From: Lobosporangium transversale | Lineage: Eukaryota | NCBI RefSeq assembly: GCF_002105155.1 | Contig: NW_019028989.1 | Location: 124,001 to 188,000 of the forward strand | Direction of reading: 5' to 3' | DNA: 64,000 nt | Shown: in pieces, positions 13,991-22,376 of the stretch | Numbering within the stretch: position 1 is the stretch's first letter | Layout: the number at the start of each line of letters is the position of its first letter | Notes under the pieces: generated by a model | Told to the model about the DNA's origin: nothing | The model's input: only the letters and a program-made list of their open reading frames with translations | Database searches by the model: none | Translations under genes and position numbers: made by a program

Positions 13991-14714
13991 GCTGAGTTTT
14001 GTTTGCTAAAAGTTTTTGCTGTTGTTGTTGTTCTTTTTTTTAGTTGGTCAATTGAATGAATGAGATTGCTAATGAGCAAGGAATGAAGTGTACAGAGAAA
14101 AAGAAAGAGGGGAAAAGCCAATACCTTTTATATTTGAGTTAAAGAAGACAATTAATTTTAATTTGCAATAACCAGGTGACAACAAACAAACAAAAAAAAA
14201 AAGCAAAGAACGAGAACATTCGCCCATACGCACATAAGCACATAAGCACATGCACGGTCTTGTCCCGTCGGACTCGATCATATTTGTTGTATTTGTATAT
14301 TTGGAGTTGTGATACGTGTCGTAAATGATCAACGAATAAAAACCTCTCCCTTTTTCCTTTTTCGCAGTATGATCGACGTTCATCAAAGTGTCCGGGCTTT
14401 TGGAGGCCGGCGCAGTCACAATTTCGAATTCTGATGAATGAACTCTAAAATGTGGCCTTTGCTTAATAATACCTGTCGCAGCAGCATGGCCACTCCCAGA
14501 GATGCGCTCCTTCTCTATGACTGGCTTTGAAATATTGGGATTGAGTTAGGCTTTACGTAGATGCTGCAGGTTTGTTGAAGAATTTTCCCAGAAAGCTGTG
14601 TGTTTTGCTCTCTCTTTTTTCATATGTTCTCTATCATCAATCGAAAGGCTACAATTCATCAACATGAAGAAAGATAGAGAGAGTTTCGATCTGTATAAAG
14701 ACTATAGATGGCCT

Positions 14715-14752
<38 letters not shown>

Positions 14753-15019
14753 CATGTTTAAACTGGTCAAAAAGACTCCTTAACTATATGAACCAAGGTA
14801 CTTGATACTTTCTTGCAAAGAAAATCCTATTGATCGATCGTAGGATGCTGATGATGCTTGAATGAACTATCTTGTGATCATAGTCATCGGACTGAATGCC
14901 ATCACTAAAATCCATAAGGACATTTCAAGTACAGATTTCTATCTGACCATTGAGGAAGGAATTCTTCAAGGTAAATAATCACATGAGTAGCTTTGTGCTT
15001 AGCCCAAAATCCACTGTAT

Positions 15020-15879
15020 CCCTTATCCTGAATTGCGACCAAAAATGGTCGCAATTTTTTGAAAAAACTCAGTTAAACAACATTCTACTAATTGCGACCC
15101 CCCCATTCTTAAGCTGAATTAAAAGAACTTGATCTCCGGTATTACGGAGGTACATTAAGAAATGCATTTCATTATGATGATTCATTCAGCATGCACATTC
15201 TAATACGACGACCAAACTATGAGCTTATTTTTTCATTCATTCATTCGAGAATGAGAATGGTTAATCTATTTTTATTTCAATTGAAACTATGCCTTCATGT
15301 CTTTCAGAGGCATTTGGTGTCATACTGAGAGAGAAAAATAATAAAAGTGTCACTTTTCTACGCTTCCATATCGCTAAGCTTTTATGCTATTTCCCTTCAA
15401 CTTCTATCACGATGGATCTGCAATACATTGTTAATGATGAAGACTATCAACCCCAACTTGACTTTAAAGATTTGGATCAAAAAGAAAGATGGACATCGCC
15501 AATTTCGCTCAAATCTTGTAAACCAACTTTTAACGCTATCTAAGTCTCAAGTTGTCATCGAGCAAAGGAACTCAAAGAGAAATGTAGAAACTAATGAGTC
15601 TCTGGAGGCTACTTTCAAGATATCAAAAGGCCCATATATTACTAAACACTCTCTTCTAAGCCTCGTCGACATCTACCAGGGTTTCATTTCCCGATAAGAA
15701 CCAAAGAAAGTGAAGGAAGAGATGTTAAGAGTAGGATGGCATGTGAAAACTACAGGATTAAGGGTATTAAGGAAGGCAAGAAGTCCACCTCACGGTCAGA
15801 ATGAATATGCGTTACATGCAGGGTTCCTCTTTGCTTGAAAGCAAAGCAGAGTTGCTTTGAGGAATATCACACCAAATAA
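15020..15879 (+). pseudogene. degenerate piggyBac-like transposon remnant (C-terminal Cys-rich domain plus possible left end)
   Basis: 15661-15879 translates PRRHLPGFHFP...RMACENY...RSE*ICVTCRVPLCLKAKQSCFEEYHTK*, the CxxC...CxxC-VPLC...CF..YH pattern of piggyBac transposase C-termini, with an internal stop. Repeated aattgcgacc motifs at 15031-15099. The catalytic core is absent. Confidence 0.6.
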
Positions 15880-15990
15880 AAAGAAAAAATAACCCATAAT
15901 ATTTTGCGTACAGTTTTCCCTCACTAACCCGTTGATTTTCGACGGGTTAGTGAGGGAAGGCCTCTATTCATTTTAATTCAATAAATATAT

Positions 15991-18003
15991 TTAAACTTTA
16001 TTTTTCTTACATTCATTATTCTGATTCAATTCCTTCATTCCTTCATTCATCTGCTGATTCTCTCTCAATAAATGACGATATTCATTAAATAGCTCCAACT
16101 GCTTTTGCACAGCGACCCAGCGCTTCATCAGATGAGGGTTATCGATTTCATGTCGAGCATTCATAAACTCTAAATAGTTTTCCATCGATTCCTCTTCATT
16201 TATCTCTTGATAATCATGTATAGTTGGACTTGAAGGAGGGGATTCAAGCACATCCTCGATACATTTTTCAGAGTGCGCGGAGTCTTGGGAACTCGAGTCA
16301 GAAAGACTGAGATTATAGTCGACATCATCTTCATCGTCTTTCTCTACCTCATCGCCTTCGTAAATGATATCATCTTCCACGTGGGGAATGAAGCGGTGTC
16401 TGTACTTTTCGAGAGCCATTATCTTGTGGACAACATCACTAATCAGCTCAGAAGGCCCTTCACAATAGTTCATGATAAGATAGTTAAGCACATTAATGTC
16501 CTTTTGTTTGGTGACCTCCTCTTCGTCTCCACCATATTGATTAACAAGCTTGTCTTGAAGTTTGAAGATATGATCTGCTTTTGACTCAATTCCAACAGTG
16601 CTCCTATTCGGTTTAAAATTTTGTCAATTGATATTTATTTTTTTAATCTGAAACATCATAATTGACAAAATTTTAAACCGAATAGGAGCACTGATTCCAA
16701 GCCAATGCAAATGACTCCTTTGTTCGAAGGTCAAGATGGGAACCTCAGCAAAGCAGTTGCGGATGCAGCCTGGAGTCACTGATTCCCAAGCTCTAGCGAT
16801 ACATGACCAAAATATCGCGTTGGATGGCAAAGCAATAGCTGATTTTTTCTTTGCCCTTACACGCGCCACGGCCTCAAGCATACTACTACTATAAAGGGCT
16901 TTGAACGATCTTATAACGCCTGCATCTAGAGGCTGTGTCATTGCCGTCGTGTTCGGAGGAAGCCGAATGACCGTGATGCTCTTGAGCTCAATTGCCTCAC
17001 AGTCCTTGTGTGCTGGTGCGCTATCAATTAAGAGAGCAATGCGGCGGCCCTGTTCCTGCATGTCATCATCCAGTTGCCTCAACCACTTAATGAACATTGG
17101 TTGTCGCATGTAACCTTTACCAGAAAAGTCTGCGTCAATCGTCTTGAAGATGGCCTTGCCTAGACCCACTGGACGGTGCATGGCAAGCACCAAAGGCTTG
17201 CGCTTGTCAGACCCCGTCGAATTACTGCAGAATAGAATTGAGACTCTAGCTGACCGAACGATCTTCTTTCCACGAATAGGCCCGGTCTCATGCGTTCTTT
17301 TGGACATAGCTGTGAGAAAGAGACCTGTCTCATCACAATTATAGATATCATCAAGCTTGAAATCGGTAAGTTTGGCTTTTATAGCCTCGATGCGATCCTT
17401 CACAACCTCCAGGTCCACTGATCTACTTTCGCCATGCCCAATAAAAGATTTAAGGCCATTCCTATTTTTAAAGCGGTGAAGCCATCCTTTCGAAAAATAG
17501 CACTGTTTGGGTGCTTGACCTGGAAGAAAAAAGGGCTTCATCTCAGTCCAAATTGCCACTGCTGTCCCTCGTAGACGGTTATCAGTGACATTGAGATCGA
17601 GGTCCCTCTCCGCAGCATACCATTCCAGCAGAGCATCCTCTATAGGCTCCATGTTTCGATTAGTTTTGCGCTTCACTGCTTGACTAGCCAGGAGGGGGAG
17701 GGAATTCACATCTTGGACATACTCTTCCCTTCGACGATATATCTCTCGTGCCGTGCTGGGACTCATGCCAAAACCTGCTCCAATAGCGGCAATGGAGGCT
17801 TTAAACCCTTTTGCTCGTAATCCATCAACAGCCGCAATGAAATCCGCTTTATCGACTAAGGAAAATGATTTTTGTAACCCGTTATGCTTGAGAGATGGTT
17901 TCCTTAAGGATTTTCGCTTCAACAGAGGCAAGCACTTGTCAGCAGCAGTTTGCTTTCTGACTAAATCGTTAAGCTTCGATTGTGAAGATTGCTTTTTAGA
18001 CAT
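15991..18003 (-). CDS. pogo/Tigger-like transposase (HTH CENP-B + DDE_1, DD32D), interrupted by a MITE
   Basis: IEDALLEWY, FSKGWLHRFKNR, YNCDETGLF, LLIDSAPAH and QPLDAGVIRSFK. Removing 105 bp (MITE plus one TSD copy) fuses ORFs 16624-18003 and 15991-16491 into one 635-aa frame. Confidence 0.92.
16596..16693. mobile_element. 98-bp MITE with 34-bp perfect TIRs and 7-bp TSD (attccaa)
   Basis: cagtgctcctattcggtttaaaattttgtcaatt (16596-16629) is the exact reverse complement of 16660-16693; attccaa at 16589-16595 and 16694-16700. Confidence 0.95.
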
Positions 18004-18227
18004 TGTCTTGTTATTTACTCAAGTATGTTGATGAATAGTGGATAAAAAGTGGTGAAGAAAGAGAGAAAGAATGACTGCACTCTTACACAAAAAATTTCGT
18101 CAAATAAAGTTTAAATATATTTATTGAATTAAAATGAATAGAGGCCTTCCCTCACTAACCCGTCGAAAATCAACGGGTTAGTGAGGGAAAACTGTACACA
18201 AATTGATGAAGCGAGGCGGAGATATAT

Positions 18228-20046
18228 TATGACTGCCTTCATGAAATTCAGAAAAAATGAAGACGAGTTTTGGAGGAGTATAGAGAGGAAACGCAAGCAA
18301 TCCGAAGGTAATTGATTACCTCATATCAGTAGCAATTGCACTTCGCTCTCCTTTTCTTATTTTGTTTTTGTTTTTCTTTTAGAAGCCATTGATGAGTTAG
18401 AGGGCCTAGATGACTTAAAAGAGAACCCGTTCCATTCTCTAATAGAGTACATCTATACGAGGGTGAGTTAAGGTCTGAGTAAGAAATTGAGCTTTTTTCA
18501 TGTGGTGCTAAGACCTAAGACTTCCATCCCATCCTCTAGGTCCGCGGCTTGCCGGCTGATATACCAGTGGTTCCACCTAGAATTTCCAATAACCATGCTG
18601 AGATGTTCGAACGTGCTCGACAGATCCTTTTGGACGACAACACCCCTGAAAAAAAATCTTTTTTGCTGAGCAAGGATGTGTTGTAAGTAGGCCCTTCCCG
18701 CTTTTATGTAAAAAATATGCAGATAAAGATTAGTATGATAAACCATTCAACTTCCTCAACTACTAGGGTGCTCGCTTCTGGGATCATTGACACGGTCTCG
18801 GACGCTAACCATAATCTGTCACTTAACGCAGAAATTCAAAAATACTCACTGCTGCCAAGTTTCAGCGTGGTAGAAGAGTATGTAAAAGAGCTCATGGACG
18901 CAATGCATCGTGCTCTTTGCCCAGGTGACGACCGCAATCCTTTAGCTACCCCAGATTTGAGCAAATTAAAAATGTGGATCTGGGGTCAGCTGGCCGCCTT
19001 GGACAAGACACCGCAGGATTTCAGAGAAATGACAGAAAATATCCTGCTGGTCGTCAATCACCTTTGTTCCTGTTTGGAGACCGGCGAACTCGCGCCACCA
19101 GTCACTGAACATACAGTTGTATCATTGTGGGCATTCGTTTTAAACAGGCTGATGGGCAGGAAATCAATCAGAGTGATCCCGTAAGTCTCATTTATACTTG
19201 TTCGCTCACTGCTGATTATGCGGCTGCTGTACCTAACCATCAGTGTTAATATTTTATGTTCAAAAAGAGGAGAGCTTGCGTCCGCAGCAAGCAAAGATGC
19301 AAGGATAAACGCCGAGAAGAACTACGGTTCGACCACGAAGTCCGTCGGGGGCCGTAAGGTGGACTTGTCGCTTCGTTTGGCAACAGACTACCATTGGAAT
19401 ATGGAGATTGCGGTCTTCGAACTCAAGACTGAAAATACTTCTAAGAAGATATGTATCCGTCAGCTAAAGAAGTCTATCCGTCTGAACACTGCTGTGTTGT
19501 GTTCTCTGCAAAAAAATGGACTTGACACCACTACCAACTTCCCAGTCATAGCGGAAGGTCATGGATTTGTGCTTAACTTCTATACATTGCGCCGTTACGA
19601 CGATGTACATGGGGCGGGGAAGACTTCGAAGGACTTTGCATGGCTTCCAAGGGACGTGCTGGCGTTGAAGACGTGGCTTTCGTCGAGTTCACTTCATCTG
19701 CTACTTGCTTTCGTGGTAAGATCAAAGTGATAAGATATTGACAATTAATGGCATTCGAGTCGACTTTTAGATTTAACCTCTTTTGTTTCAAATATTACAG
19801 AGCCATAATGCGAAGTTTGCCGGCAATGTGAGGGATTCACAACTACGGACGGTAACCAAGTCTCCATCCTCTACACTCCCCCCATCAGTGCTCTTCACGC
19901 CTTCCAAGTCTAACAGACAGGTGCACGATTCGAAAGCTGTCTCGAATTTTGACTGCGATATTGACTCCGACCTTGACTTATATGATGACTCTGGAGCAGT
20001 GGCACAAGACAAAAAGCGGAAAATTCACATTACAATAAGTAGCTGA
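18228..20046 (+). CDS. PD-(D/E)xK restriction-endonuclease-fold protein (Crinkler REase-like), six exons; start uncertain
   Basis: Five GT-AG introns splice in frame (e.g. SKDVL|VLASGIID, IRVIP|GELASAASK); core GRKVDLSLR...EIAVFELK...QLKKSIRLN. Confidence 0.7.
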
Positions 20047-20345
20047 GATGTAGTCAACATTAAACGATAGATATTGCACAATGGAGTCAGGCGATAGATA
20101 CGAATTGATAAATATCGCATTTAGTAGTCATCTGTGGGCTTTTACTCTAATTAAAGAATGTGCAAGCAACATGAAGGCATGTGCAATGCCATGCATGCAA
20201 TCGAATATGAGTTGACGAGCGTCGGGCCAACTGGAAGTCGCCTTCCTCTGGGTTTTATTGAGCTATAGTTAAGTTTAACGCCGTGGATTTCCAGGGCGCC
20301 GCTTTGGGATAGCACCAAAGGGAAATCTGTCATAACCATATGGCA

Positions 20346-20600
20346 ACAAAGTCGAGGATGGAGCTGGGGCTAGCATCCGCTGCCTCGTATTTAGTAGCTG
20401 TGGTGATGAAAGTGAGGACGAATGTAACAAAGACGAAGGTGGAGCTGGGGCTAGCATCCACTGTCCCGTATTTAGCGGCTGTGGTGACGAAAGTGAGGAC
20501 GAATGTGGATGCGGGGCCGGCGACAAAGACGAGGATGGAGCTGAAGCTAACACATGCTGCCTCATATTTAGTGGCTGTGGTGATGAAAATGAAGACGGAG
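20346..20600. repeat. three imperfect ~81-96 bp tandem units in the transposase tail
   Basis: Recurring ggagctg(gg/aa)gctaRca...tatttag..gctgtggtgaYgaaa; encodes SSPQ(P/L)LN..Q..LA(P/S)APSS repeats. Confidence 0.8.
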
Positions 20601-22275
20601 GTGGCGGTGGCGGTGCCAGAAACAAAGATGAAGATGAGACTAGAACCGGAGTCGAGAATGAGGTCATGGCCGAATCTGAGGACGGAGCCGGGAACGAGGT
20701 TGAAACTGAAGCATTGCTCGATGCCTGCGTTCGATTTGATGATGGTAACGATGAATTTTGTAGCCATGTGGGGTCTCCCAACAAGCGGATGCTAGGTCCT
20801 ACATTCGGGTATCTTTCATTGAGCTTTTGCTCTTCCTCTATTAGCTGAAGTGATGCCTGCCATAGATTCACTCTTTCATCTTCATGCAATCGTCGACGAT
20901 GCTTGAAATAGGCTTCGTTGATGCAGTCCTTGTTCTTATTGATTGTGGAATCATAAACAATCTCTATTCTTTCCCCTTCACCATCATGACCAAGAAGCCT
21001 TAGCGCCGCTGCAGCATCCATGAGGATATATGGGTCCTGTAAATCAATGCTAGGATCCAGCACTACAGTATCTTCGGCAACCCAATCATCATCAAGGTCC
21101 ATTTCTCCAGGAGAGGCTAAGCGATCAGTTCTATAAGAGGCATATTCCTTTCCCCGCGTCTTGAGGACTTTCTTTACCGGTGACAGCTTTTGGCCATTAT
21201 CATCTTCGATATGGTACTCCGAAGAAGCGCTGGGCTCATAGTCGTCATCATCCATGCTCTCATCTTCAGGAGACTGTCCTGTCTCCATGAAGGCGCTCGC
21301 CATATTTGTCTCATCCTCAGGAACAAAGAATTCCATGAACTGGCGCTCTTTTAGCATCGAATCAATATGCTTGCAGACCGAGTGAGACCCATCCAATACC
21401 TTTAGTAGTGCCAACACTTCTTCATCCGAGGCAAAGGAGCTCTGAGCCGGATTCAGGCCTGGATCTTGCTCGTCACACAAAGAAGCACTCTCTGCATCAA
21501 ATTCCTCTGTCTCCTCGGAAGCAGCTCTAGTAAGAAAACTACTTCGTAGGCTATCTATGGCAACAGTCACATCAAAGTCCCTAGCCCGGTCCTGTGATTC
21601 CCTCAGGGCATCCCTCTGCTCCTTTTGAAATATGTCGACGTGAGCGAAACAATTCCGGATCGACTTTTCTTTCACTTCACTCCAAGCACTCGCAACAATC
21701 CCCCATCCTGTAAAGTTATCAATGTAAGCTTTCTTTGCCAACTCTTTGTTTCGGCTCACTCTTAATACATTCTCGCGCTTGAGAAATGTCTGTTTCAAGC
21801 ATTGCACCTTGTAGTTCCTTTTGAACACAGCTATGATCCCGGCATCAAGAGGCTGTGTCATGCTTGTCGAATTTTTTGGAAGGAACAAAAGGGCCACATT
21901 ATGAAGTGCAGCACGCACATCGTCACTCATTATGTGACTTGGAGCATGGTCCAGCAACAAAACGACTTGGCAGTTGGGCTTTTCAGTTGCAATCTTCAGC
22001 TGGAATCGAAGCAGCCAAACATCAAAGACAGCGGCTCTCATGTAATCCGGCCTTTTGCCAACCCAGGCCACTGTAAGCTTTTCCTGAAGGCTCTTTGGAA
22101 GTCGATCAAACTCTTCTTGCCAACTTTCCCAAAGATCTGCCTCAACCTGTTTGTCCAATCCCTGCCAGGGCAAAACTTCAAATTTTGAGCGAAATGTCTC
22201 ACCAGTTTTGAAGCCTCGCGGTAAACTCTCACCTATAACAGCGCCGAAGAAATAAAGAACAACTATGTTATTAAT

Positions 22276-22295
22276 ATTGATTATGTTAATGTGAA

Positions 22296-22354
<59 letters not shown>

Positions 22355-22376
22355 TAATAATAATAATAGTAATAAT
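22276..22376. repeat. (TAA)n microsatellite
   Basis: Long taataataa run with few interruptions; source of the spurious poly-Tyr at the start of ORF 20275..22383. Confidence 0.9.

Larger units (their letters stand above)
15911..18194 (-). mobile_element. Complete pogo/Tigger-type (Tc1-mariner superfamily) DNA transposon, 2284 bp
   Basis: Perfect 93-bp TIRs (15911-16003 and 18102-18194) beginning CAGT; flanked by TA at 15909-15910 and 18195-18196; encodes a CENP-B/DDE_1 transposase. Confidence 0.97.
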
